Assembly: GCA_963837335.1 (NCBI GenBank)
Contig: CAWINS010000086.1
Span: 24,114-88,113, forward strand
Source of the DNA: an uncultured Actinomycetes bacterium
Lineage (GTDB): Bacteria > Actinomycetota > Actinomycetes > Streptosporangiales > Streptosporangiaceae
Direction of reading: 5' to 3'
Length of the DNA: 64,000 bases
In this document: positions 56,983-64,000 of the stretch, in pieces
Position numbering within the stretch: the first letter of the stretch is position 1
Layout of the letters: each line of letters begins with the position of its first letter
Position numbers and translations under genes: made by a program
The notes under the pieces: generated by a model
Told to the model about the DNA's origin: nothing
Seen by the model: only the letters and a program-made list of their open reading frames with translations
Databases searched by the model: none

Positions 56983-57708
56983 GTGAGCTCCACAGAAAGA
57001 GATGAGATCAAGGAGGTCATCGGCCAGACGTTCGTGGCCGTTGGCGCTCTCGCCCGGGCGCTGCACGTCGAAGACGCCCGCCTGGAGCCAACGCTCCATG
57101 CCATCACCGCCCACGCCGCCGCCGCTCACCCCGCCGCCAAGGACGCAGGGCTCATTCTGCTGATCGGCGGAAAGTTTATTCCCCAGGCCACGACGGGGCA
57201 GGCGCCCCAGCTCCTGGACCTGAAACAGCAGGAAACGGGACGGGGTCCCTGCATCGAGGCCGCGCGTGAGCAAACGCTGCTCTGCATCAACGACCTCCAG
57301 CGTGATCCTCGCTGGCCTGACTTCTCGGCAGAGGCCCGAGCGTGCGGCGTGAGCAGCATGCTCTGCGCGCCCCTGTGGATCAACGAGCGGACCCTGGGGA
57401 CACTCAGCCTGTACGCGGCACAGTCAGCAGCGTTCAGCGACCACGACAAACGGATTATCGAGCTGTTCGCCACCCTGGCCGCGCTGGCCCTCGCTGAAGC
57501 CCAGCGAACAGACCATCTCAGGACCGCCCTGCTCAACCGCGACGTGATCGGCCAGGCCAAAGGCATCATCATGGCGCGCTACAACATCGACGCCGACGCC
57601 GCCTTCAGCACCCTCAAACGCCTCTCGCAAGACCAGAACAAGAAGCTGCACGAGATCGCCCGCCAGGTCACCGAACGCCGGGAACTCCCCGAGACAACTG
57701 AGCAATAA
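56983..57708 (+). CDS. GAF-ANTAR RNA-binding regulator (copy B, intact)
   Basis: 241 aa. The GTG start follows the RBS GAAGGAGGA. GAF (GRGPCIEAAREQ..LCAPLW) is followed by ANTAR (VIGQAKGIIMARYNIDADAAFSTLKRLSQDQNKKLHEIA). Confidence 0.85.
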   Translation: MSSTERDEIKEVIGQTFVAVGALARALHVEDARLEPTLHAITAHAAAAHPAAKDAGLILLIGGKFIPQATTGQAPQLLDLKQQETGRGPCIEAAREQTLLCINDLQRDPRWPDFSAEARACGVSSMLCAPLWINERTLGTLSLYAAQSAAFSDHDKRIIELFATLAALALAEAQRTDHLRTALLNRDVIGQAKGIIMARYNIDADAAFSTLKRLSQDQNKKLHEIARQVTERRELPETTEQ

Positions 57709-57721
57709 CCTTCGCCAGCAG

Positions 57722-58705
57722 CTAGGGCGCTTCGGCCGTTCCCCCAGGTTTAAGGGCGCGGAGCGGACCGGCGAGCTCGCGGGCGAAGAAGTCGATGAAC
57801 CCGTCCGGGTCGGGTCCGGCGTTCATGGCGACCAGGTGATCGAAGCCGGCGCCGGCGAACTGCCGGGCCACCTCCAGGTGCCGGCAGGCGTCCGGGCCGC
57901 AGGCGAACTGGGACTTGACCTGGTCAATGGTGATGCTGGCGGTCGCGGCCTCGAAGTTGACCGGGTTGGGCAGCTCGGCCATGACCTTCCAGCCGGTCAG
58001 CGCGAACCGGCTCTTGTCCAGCACTGCCTGCGCGGCCTGGTCCTCGTCTGCCGCCCAGGCCAGGGGCATCTCGGCGTAGGCAGGCCCGCTGCCGCCCAGG
58101 TTCTGCCAGCTGGCGACCAGGTCGCCGTCCGGCTCGGTGGCGAACAGCCCGTCGCCCAGCTCCGCGGCGATCCGCGCCGATACCGGCCCGCTGGCCGCCA
58201 CGGCGATGACCGGGAGCGTGCCGGGCAGATCGAACACGCGGGCGTCCTCGAGCTGCAGGTGCTTGCCCTGGTAGGACTGGTAGCCCCCTTGCCACAGCAG
58301 CCGGATGATCTCCAGCGCCTCACGGAACCGCTCATGGCGCACCCGCTGGGCGGGGAAGCCGAGGCCGACGACGTGCTCGTTGAGCCGCTCGCCCGCCCCG
58401 GCGCCCAGCGTGAACCGGCCATCGCAGACCAGGGCCATGGTGGCCGCCGCCTGGGCGATGATCGCCGGGTGATACCGCACCGACGGGCAGGTCACCCCGG
58501 TCGCCAGGCCGATCCGCGTGGTCTTCGCGGCGATCACGGGCAGGACGCTCCAGGTGAACGCGCTGTGCCCCTGCGCCTCCAGCCACGGATGGTAATGGTC
58601 GCTCATCTCCACGAAATCAAACCCGGCCTCCTCAGCCAGCACGGCCTGCCGGATGAGCTCGGCAGGACCGAACGCTTCGGTGGCGAGCTTGTAGCCGATC
58701 CTCAT
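57722..58705 (-). CDS. LLM-class F420-dependent oxidoreductase, G6PDH family (copy B, intact)
   Basis: Start is MRIGYKLATEAFGP at 58705; the track ORF extends to 58801. 327 aa with the luciferase-like TIM-barrel motif SDHYHPW. Confidence 0.85.
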   Translation of the reverse strand: MRIGYKLATEAFGPAELIRQAVLAEEAGFDFVEMSDHYHPWLEAQGHSAFTWSVLPVIAAKTTRIGLATGVTCPSVRYHPAIIAQAAATMALVCDGRFTLGAGAGERLNEHVVGLGFPAQRVRHERFREALEIIRLLWQGGYQSYQGKHLQLEDARVFDLPGTLPVIAVAASGPVSARIAAELGDGLFATEPDGDLVASWQNLGGSGPAYAEMPLAWAADEDQAAQAVLDKSRFALTGWKVMAELPNPVNFEAATASITIDQVKSQFACGPDACRHLEVARQFAGAGFDHLVAMNAGPDPDGFIDFFARELAGPLRALKPGGTAEAP

Positions 58706-58849
58706 GTCCTGCTTCCTCTCCCGGGAAACCGCCGGTACCGCTACCCGCCCGCCGATGCCCGACACGGGCCGTGGCACCGCGCGGGCGGCACTGGCCTGCA
58801 CCTGTACGAGGTGCTGGCCGCGTTCATGGAGCCCGGGCGGCCGGGGCGT

Positions 58850-58877
58850 GATCCGCTGACGGCCCGGTCAGCGGATC
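58850..58877. terminator. Perfect 11-bp-stem hairpin spanning the mrpD stop codon
   Basis: gatccgctgac (58850-58860), the loop ggcccg, then gtcagcggatc (58867-58877). It sits at the junction between duplication copy B and the mrp operon. Confidence 0.45.
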
Positions 58878-60718
58878 GAGAAGGCCAGGGCGCCACCCAG
58901 GCAGGCCACCCCGATCACGATCCAGGTGACGTAGTCGTTGACCACACCGCTCTGGAACCGCCGCAGCGGCCGCACCAGCCCGGTGCCCGGCTCGAACCCC
59001 CGGCGCAGTAGCGGCAGCCGCCGCCAGTACAGGGCCAGGAAGGCGAGGAAGACCGCGCCGGCGGCCGTGCCCAGCCCGATGACCAGGTCGGCCACGGTCA
59101 CCCCGGCGGGCCCGGCAGGGTACGGCGCGGCCACATGAGTGACGCGCGCCCCGTGCAGCACGATCGCGTTGTAGGCGTGCTGATCCTGGAACCGCACCGC
59201 GGCCGCCTGCACCACGGAACCCAGCCCGGGCAGCAGGCCGATCACCGCGGCGGCGGCGACCAGAACCGCCGGCGGCACGATCATGCTGAGCGGCGTGCGC
59301 TGCTTATCCTCATCCGTCTCGCTCGTCTCTTCTGAGGACTCCTCCGCCATCTGGAGGGTCTCGCTCGGCGGGTCGCCGAGCCCGTAGAAGACGCCCCCGG
59401 CCACCCGCAGCACCGCCGCGCCGACCAGGACCGAAGCGAACACGAGCAGCACGGTGACCCAGGCCATCCCGCGCGCGCCGGCGCTGCCGGTGAGCCAGCC
59501 CAGGCCCAGGTAGGTGGCGAACGGTGGCAGGTCAGCCAGGCCGAGGGCGGCCAGCGTGAAGATCACGCCGGTCACCCGCAATCGGCGCCCCCGGCCATGC
59601 AGCCAGGTCTCGTTGACCGACCGAAGACGGTGCAGCACGATCCCGGTGCAGAGGAACAGGGCGGCCGTCACCATCGCGTGCCCGGCCACGAAAATGGCCG
59701 TGCCCGCCAGCCCGGCGGGGGTGAGCAGGGCGATGCCCACCAGGAACATGCCCGCATGACTGATGGTGGAGAACGCGAGCAGCCGCTTGATGTGCCGTTC
59801 CTGGAGGCAGAACAGGGCGCCGACGATCGCGGTGAGCAGGCCGAGGGCCAGGAACGCGTCAGTGATCGCGGCGCGGTTCCCCTGTGTTTGCCCGGTCAGG
59901 GCCTGGCCGAACATCGACCAGTAGACCCGGGCGATGCCGAACAGCCCGAGTTCCACCATGACCCCGGAGAACAGGACGCAGACCGGGGTAGGGGCGACCG
60001 CGTGCGCGTCGGCCAGCCAGAAGTGGAACGGGACGATGGCGGCCTTGATCAGCCATCCGGTAACAATGAGCACGAACGCCACGACGACCAGGCCGTCCGG
60101 CCGGTGCCGGGCGAGGTCCTGGCCGATCTGGGCCATGTTCAGGGCCCCGGTCCGTCCGTAGATGACGGCGATTCCGGACAGGGTCAGGTAGGCGCCGATG
60201 CTGTTGGTGATCGCGAAGTTCAGCGCGCCCTGGATCGAGCCGCGTTCCTCCGGGCGGTAGGCGGTCAGCGCGTAGGCCGCGACGCTCATCAGCTCGAACC
60301 ACACGAACATGTCGAAGATGTCGCCGGTCAGGCAGAACCCCGTCAGACCCGCCAGGAACGCCAGCATCAGCACGTGATAGTAGGTGGCCACCCGCTCGAA
60401 GTACCGCCAGGAGAAGATCATTCCCGCGGTGACCAGGACGGCGGCCAGGCAGGCCAGGCCCGCGCTGAGCGGCCCGACCTCGAAGTCGATGCCGATCGCG
60501 ATCCCGTGCTGCGGCCGGAAGCCACCGAACCAGTAGGTCTCGTCGTGGCCCGCGACGCGGATCATGATGACCACCAGCAGGCCGGTCACCACGGCGCTGG
60601 TCACGATGGCCACCGAGTCCAGGATCCGGCGCCGGCGGCGCAGCAGGGGGTTCAGCGCGCCGATCGCCGCCGCCACGAGCAGCGGCAGGACGACGGCCAG
60701 GGGCAGCAGCTGGTCCAT
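58868..60718 (-). CDS. mrpD: Mrp/Mnh antiporter subunit D-like (NuoL/M/N-family proton-conducting membrane protein)
   Basis: 616 aa, polytopic. Motifs are [26 protein letters not shown] and ISHAGMF. Confidence 0.8.
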   Translation of the reverse strand: MDQLLPLAVVLPLLVAAAIGALNPLLRRRRRILDSVAIVTSAVVTGLLVVIMIRVAGHDETYWFGGFRPQHGIAIGIDFEVGPLSAGLACLAAVLVTAGMIFSWRYFERVATYYHVLMLAFLAGLTGFCLTGDIFDMFVWFELMSVAAYALTAYRPEERGSIQGALNFAITNSIGAYLTLSGIAVIYGRTGALNMAQIGQDLARHRPDGLVVVAFVLIVTGWLIKAAIVPFHFWLADAHAVAPTPVCVLFSGVMVELGLFGIARVYWSMFGQALTGQTQGNRAAITDAFLALGLLTAIVGALFCLQERHIKRLLAFSTISHAGMFLVGIALLTPAGLAGTAIFVAGHAMVTAALFLCTGIVLHRLRSVNETWLHGRGRRLRVTGVIFTLAALGLADLPPFATYLGLGWLTGSAGARGMAWVTVLLVFASVLVGAAVLRVAGGVFYGLGDPPSETLQMAEESSEETSETDEDKQRTPLSMIVPPAVLVAAAAVIGLLPGLGSVVQAAAVRFQDQHAYNAIVLHGARVTHVAAPYPAGPAGVTVADLVIGLGTAAGAVFLAFLALYWRRLPLLRRGFEPGTGLVRPLRRFQSGVVNDYVTWIVIGVACLGGALAFSIR

Positions 60719-60730
60719 GGCGGCCCGGCC

Positions 60731-61078
60731 TCAGCCCTTGAGCTGGACGAGCTCTTGCGGATCGAGGGTCCCGAACCGCTTCTGGGCCTGGACGGCGATG
60801 GCCAGCAGCAAGGCGGTGACGGCGGCCTCGACTACCACGTCGGTCAGGGCCAGCGCCTGGACCACCGGATCGACGGCGGGGGTGTGCACCGGGATGTCGT
60901 AGAAGTACGGCGCTACCGCGCCGGTCTTGTACCCGATGCCGAGTAGCAAGACATAGGTCGAGGACTGCACCACGATCAGGCAGACGATCTGGTGGACCAG
61001 GTGACGGCTGGTCACGACCCCGTACAAGCCGACGACCAGGATGTAGACCACCACAACGAACGGGAAGATGTGCATCAC
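60731..61078 (-). CDS. mrpC: Mrp/Mnh antiporter subunit C (NuoK-like)
   Basis: 115 aa, 3 TM helices, with VDPVVQALALTDVVVEAAVTALLLA. Confidence 0.85.
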   Translation of the reverse strand: MMHIFPFVVVVYILVVGLYGVVTSRHLVHQIVCLIVVQSSTYVLLLGIGYKTGAVAPYFYDIPVHTPAVDPVVQALALTDVVVEAAVTALLLAIAVQAQKRFGTLDPQELVQLKG

Positions 61079-61836
61079 CGCTCCCCCTGCCGGACGAGGA
61101 GAGTCTGCTCGACCAGCTCACCGACGATCAGGACGAAGGCCGCCGCCACTTCCAGGCCGACGAAGAAGCTGATCAGCGGGATGGTCCCGCCCGAGCTCAC
61201 CGCACCGGGGACGGTTCCGCGCGGCAGGAAATTCTTCAGGTAGGGCAGTCCCAGGGCCACCGCGCTGATCCCGATGGCGGCGAAGCCGCCCGCGCCCACC
61301 GCCTCGACGGCGTCGGTGACGTCGGCCGGGCTGACTCGCCGGAACAGCAAGAATTCCCCCGACAAGTAGATGAGGATGAACGCGGTGGCCAGGACCACCC
61401 CGCCCTGGAACCCACCCGACGGGCTGGTCTGCGCGTGCGAGGCGAGAAACCAGCCCATCACCACGACCGGCCCGGTGAAGAACAGCGCCGCCAGGCGTAC
61501 CGCATCGCTGGCCGGCGGGATCGCCCAGTCGGCCGTCGGGTCAGCCTCGTCCTGCTGCCGCTCTTTGCGGAGATGGCGCAGCACCACGGCCACCCCGGTG
61601 GCCGCGACGAACAGAATGAACTCCTCGCCCACCGTGTCGAACCCGCGGTACTCAAAGTTGACCGCGGAGACCACGCCGGTCGCGTTGGTCTGGGCCACCG
61701 CCACGTGGTTGATGATGTCGCCGTACGGGCCGGGATAGTTGCCGAAGCCCGGCAGCCCGGTCAGCCCCCACAGGTAGAAGACAGCCAGGCCCGCAGCCCC
61801 GGCCAGGAAGATCCAGCGGCGCTGCCCAGGTGTCAT
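61075..61836 (-). CDS. mrpB: Mrp/Mnh antiporter subunit B
   Basis: 253 aa with the MnhB-domain motif VVSAVNFEYRGFDTVGEEFILF. It has 4-nt overlaps with both neighbours. Confidence 0.8.
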   Translation of the reverse strand: MTPGQRRWIFLAGAAGLAVFYLWGLTGLPGFGNYPGPYGDIINHVAVAQTNATGVVSAVNFEYRGFDTVGEEFILFVAATGVAVVLRHLRKERQQDEADPTADWAIPPASDAVRLAALFFTGPVVVMGWFLASHAQTSPSGGFQGGVVLATAFILIYLSGEFLLFRRVSPADVTDAVEAVGAGGFAAIGISAVALGLPYLKNFLPRGTVPGAVSSGGTIPLISFFVGLEVAAAFVLIVGELVEQTLLVRQGER

Positions 61837-62129
61837 TTCTCCCGCCTCTTCACCTTGGCCAGGGCCAGCAGCAGCAGCACGGGCAACGCGACGGCGCCCA
61901 CGGTCAGCTCGGACAGAGTCACGTCGGGGGCCTGGAAGGCCAGGAAGAGCACGGCCAGCAGCACACCGTAGATACTCAGCATGACCACCTGCCGGACCGG
62001 TTCGCGGATCAGCACCACTGCGGTGGCGCCCGCGGCCACCAGCACCAGGAGCGTCACTTGCAGGGCGTTCATCAGGGGTGCCGGGATCGTGTACGGCGTG
62101 ACCACTGCGGCGAGGTGGGCGTTACCCAT
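61833..62129 (-). CDS. DUF4040 membrane protein (MrpA C-terminal / MbhD-like)
   Basis: Start is MGNAHL at 62129; the track ORF runs to 62213. 98 aa, 3 TM helices, with FQAPDVTLSELTVGA. Confidence 0.65.
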   Translation of the reverse strand: MGNAHLAAVVTPYTIPAPLMNALQVTLLVLVAAGATAVVLIREPVRQVVMLSIYGVLLAVLFLAFQAPDVTLSELTVGAVALPVLLLLALAKVKRREK

Positions 62130-62517
62130 CGCGGTCTCCGCCGGCCTGGTCAGGCCGCCGATCCGGCGGCTGGCCCCGCGGTCCGCCCCGCCCCGCCTCC
62201 GGCTGGCCGGCACCCGGACGCCAGTCGCCGGTTTCCCTGATCCGGGCGGCCCTGATCGTGGCGTGGGCCAGGAATGGACCGCCGACCAGCATGAATAGCA
62301 GCGCCAGCCAGGTCTCTCCGCTGTTCTCGGTCCAGCCGGACTGGACCAGGACGGCCAGGGCGACGATCACCGGCGCCACTACCGCGATGGGGGCCACGTA
62401 ATGCAGCCTCTGATAGGCGTCCCGCATGACCAGGACGCCTGCCGACGAGACCAGCACCACGGCGGCGGCCAGGCCCAGCAGCACATCGGCGACGGTCCCG
62501 TGGATGCTCACAGCCAC
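62122..62517 (-). CDS. mrpG: Mrp/Mnh antiporter subunit G
   Basis: 131 aa with GVLVMRDAYQRLHYVAPIA, typical of MnhG. The start is GTG. Confidence 0.8.
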   Translation of the reverse strand: MAVSIHGTVADVLLGLAAAVVLVSSAGVLVMRDAYQRLHYVAPIAVVAPVIVALAVLVQSGWTENSGETWLALLFMLVGGPFLAHATIRAARIRETGDWRPGAGQPEAGRGGPRGQPPDRRPDQAGGDRDG

Positions 62518-62759
62518 CGCTCCAGGAACCGCACGAAGACCAGCCCGCTGCCGAATAGCAGCACGGCGAGGTGCACCGGAAGCTCGAACTCACCCGACCG
62601 GCGGAACCCTTCGGCCAGCAGTACCAGCACCATGAAAACAATGGAGCTGATCGCCTCGTAGGCCACGACGGCGTCCATAGTCGTGCCCCGGACCGCAACG
62701 ATCCCGCAGGGGATCGCAGCCAGCAGCATCACGATGGCCGCGATCACGAAACTGTTCAC
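62508..62759 (-). CDS. mrpF: Mrp/Mnh antiporter subunit F
   Basis: GTG 62759 follows GGAGG and overlaps the mrpE stop (GTGA). 83 aa, 3 TM helices (VNSFVIAAIVMLLAAIP...). Confidence 0.75.
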   Translation of the reverse strand: MNSFVIAAIVMLLAAIPCGIVAVRGTTMDAVVAYEAISSIVFMVLVLLAEGFRRSGEFELPVHLAVLLFGSGLVFVRFLERWL

Positions 62760-63280
62760 TCCGCCTCCCCGTCGTTCACCACAAGCTGGTGGATCACCAT
62801 CATGTCCGTGTCTTTGTCGATGCCTGCCGCGATGGAGTTTGGGGCGATGGACTTGCCGCCGATCAGCAGTGCCCGGCGGGTTCGCCCTTCGGCCGTATCG
62901 TCGCCGTAGCGGACCGGCAGCCGGCGGAACCCGCTGGGCGGCTCCTCGCCGTGAGCCAGCCTCCGCCACAGGGCGGCGAACACGATCACGGTGTCCCCGG
63001 CGACCTGGCCGGGCAGCTCGATGACCCGGGCCAGCCACCGGGCCCTGATCCGCACCCGGGCAGCGGCCTGGTGGGTGACTAGCTCGGCGAGGAACGCGGC
63101 CAGGGCCGCCGCGCCCGCCCCGGCCAGGAGCTCATCGGTGGCGATCGAATCGTCCAGGATCACCCAGAACGACATCAGCAGGACCCACCAGGCCAGCCAG
63201 GCGCCGGCCCGGCCGGCCAGCGGGGCCTTCTCCGGCGGCTGGCGGCGGGTCACGCGGCTGTTCCGGCTGGGCACGGGCAC
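62756..63280 (-). CDS. mrpE: Mrp/Mnh antiporter subunit E
   Basis: 174 aa with WWVLLMSFWVILDDS and the C-terminal SIAPNSIAAGIDKD..MVIHQL, typical of MnhE. The exact start is uncertain. Confidence 0.8.
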   Translation of the reverse strand: MPVPSRNSRVTRRQPPEKAPLAGRAGAWLAWWVLLMSFWVILDDSIATDELLAGAGAAALAAFLAELVTHQAAARVRIRARWLARVIELPGQVAGDTVIVFAALWRRLAHGEEPPSGFRRLPVRYGDDTAEGRTRRALLIGGKSIAPNSIAAGIDKDTDMMVIHQLVVNDGEAE

Positions 63281-63310
63281 GTACCGGTCGGCTCGGGCAC
63301 CCGGGTCAAG

Positions 63311-63334
63311 TTACCCGCGACGCGCCGGGCAAAC
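63311..63334 (-). promoter_or_regulatory. Candidate sigma-B/sigma-F-type promoter GTTT-N14-GGGTAA upstream of the mrp operon
   Basis: On the minus strand, GTTT is at 63334-63331, the spacer is 14 nt and GGGTAA is at 63316-63311, ~31 nt upstream of GTG 63280. Confidence 0.45.
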
Positions 63335-63456
63335 CTGGCCTGAGCAGCCTGCGGGCGTTTTCGCGGGCGCGCAGCCGGGTAGGGCCATCGTCCCCGAGCC
63401 AGTGACGGAACGCCTGTGGCGAAAAGCCTGTGACGGAAACGGGGAGGTGCAGGCTG

Positions 63457-64000
63457 GTGCCGAAACGCGCGGTGATCCTCTCCGGCTCACTGGGCCTGGG
63501 CCATGACGTCGTCGCCGAGGTGATCTCCGCCAGCCTGGCCGGTCTCGGCTGGGAAAGCCGGACCCTGGACTGCATGAGGCTGCTGGGCCCGCGCGCGGGC
63601 CCGGCAGGCGACTGGGTCTTCCGCCGGCTGATGGCCATGCCCGGGGTCTTCGACGGGCTGCACTTCGCCCATCTGCGTGCGGGCAGCCGGGTGGCCACGG
63701 CCATGGACCGCGCCGCCACGCCGCGGCTGGTCTCCGCCCTCCACGGCGAGCTCCGCCGCGAACCTGCCGACCTGGTCATCAGCGTGTTCGCGGCGGGTGT
63801 CCCGGCCGCGGCGGAACTCGGCGGGTCCCGGCCGTGGCCGCGTACCGTCGTGCTCTGCCCCGACGCCCTGCCGCACGCTACCTGGGTCCGGCCGGGCATC
63901 GACTTGTTCCTGGTGACCTCTCCGGCCGGGGCGGCCGGAGTGCGCCGCTACCTGCCCCGGGCCCGGGTTGCCGTGGTTCCGCCGCCGGTGCGGCCCGCCT
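63457..64000 (+). CDS. Glycosyltransferase, MGDG-synthase/GT28-like N-terminal domain (partial, runs off the window end)
   Basis: GTG 63457 follows GGGGAGG. VPKRAVILSGSLGLGHDVVAEVISASL... stays open to the window edge. It is not in the ORF track because no stop is reached. Confidence 0.55.
   Translation, partial: MPKRAVILSGSLGLGHDVVAEVISASLAGLGWESRTLDCMRLLGPRAGPAGDWVFRRLMAMPGVFDGLHFAHLRAGSRVATAMDRAATPRLVSALHGELRREPADLVISVFAAGVPAAAELGGSRPWPRTVVLCPDALPHATWVRPGIDLFLVTSPAGAAGVRRYLPRARVAVVPPPVRPA

Larger units (their letters stand above)
53709..58837 (+). repeat. Segmental duplication, copy B (shorter, deletion-bearing version)
   Basis: Collinear with 41454-48702. The last 43 nt (58795-58837) match 48660-48702 inside the copy-A ADH gene (41/43), showing an ~894-nt deletion relative to copy A. 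Confidence 0.9.

Noticed and set aside
41454-58837. Prophage, integrative element or anti-phage defence island.
   Set aside because: There is no integrase, no phage structural or replication gene, no nuclease/helicase/ATPase defence signature and no flanking tRNA or att-like repeat. The content is stress and redox enzymes plus IS scraps.
1-64000. tRNA, rRNA, tmRNA and RNase P genes.
   Set aside because: I recognised no cloverleaf-like or rRNA-like segment, and every intergenic gap large enough is accounted for. This was judged by eye only. A tRNAscan or Infernal run would be decisive.

Overview
High-GC (~70%) actinobacterial chromosomal segment with no rRNA, tRNA or CRISPR. I read six blocks. 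(1) 1-15.2 kb: four FtsX/MacB-type permease paralogues (one frameshifted), one ABC ATPase, a REC-HTH-adenylate cyclase fusion, a HisKA_3 kinase, two more response regulators and an MFS pump. (2) 15.3-23.2 kb: signalling and stress genes, namely an epimerase, a STAS protein, frameshifted CheB and CheR-PAS, an ANTAR protein, a Vms1/eRF1-like protein and a GAF-PP2C-STAS fusion. (3) 23.3-37 kb: a glycan cluster with a complete ADP-heptose pathway (gmhA, hldE, gmhB fused to a GT2), two GT9 heptosyltransferases, GT4 and GT2 enzymes, a carbamoyltransferase and a pyruvyl-transferase-like gene. Seven of these genes are joined by 4-nt start/stop overlaps. One GT9 is split by a G16-A-G9 homopolymer. A UdgX-type uracil-DNA glycosylase lies inside this block. 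(4) 37-41 kb: a 1027-aa FAD/Fe-S oxidoreductase and an SDR. (5) 41.4-58.8 kb: a stress island formed by a diverged direct duplication (copy A 41454-48702, copy B 53709-58837). The unit carries a small hydrophilic ORF, a HAD hydrolase, an HGxxPAAW membrane protein, a Mn catalase, a GAF-ANTAR regulator and an F420-type LLM oxidoreductase, and different genes are broken in each copy. The 5-kb spacer between the copies holds gene fragments, IS remnants, an OBAP/DUF1264 gene, a shattered hsp20 and a ~1.95-kb cytosine-free polypurine tract. That tract is a progressively degraded copy of 37.5-39.2 kb. (6) 58.9-63.3 kb: an Mrp/Mbh-type cation antiporter operon in the order E-F-G-DUF4040-B-C-D, followed by a partial glycosyltransferase. 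A GTTT-N14/15-GGGTA(G/A) motif, which matches sigma-B/sigma-F-type promoters, recurs upstream of at least five stress genes or operons. The window has at least 20 frame disruptions, many at homopolymers, so read-level validation is needed before any pseudogene or phase-variation claim.
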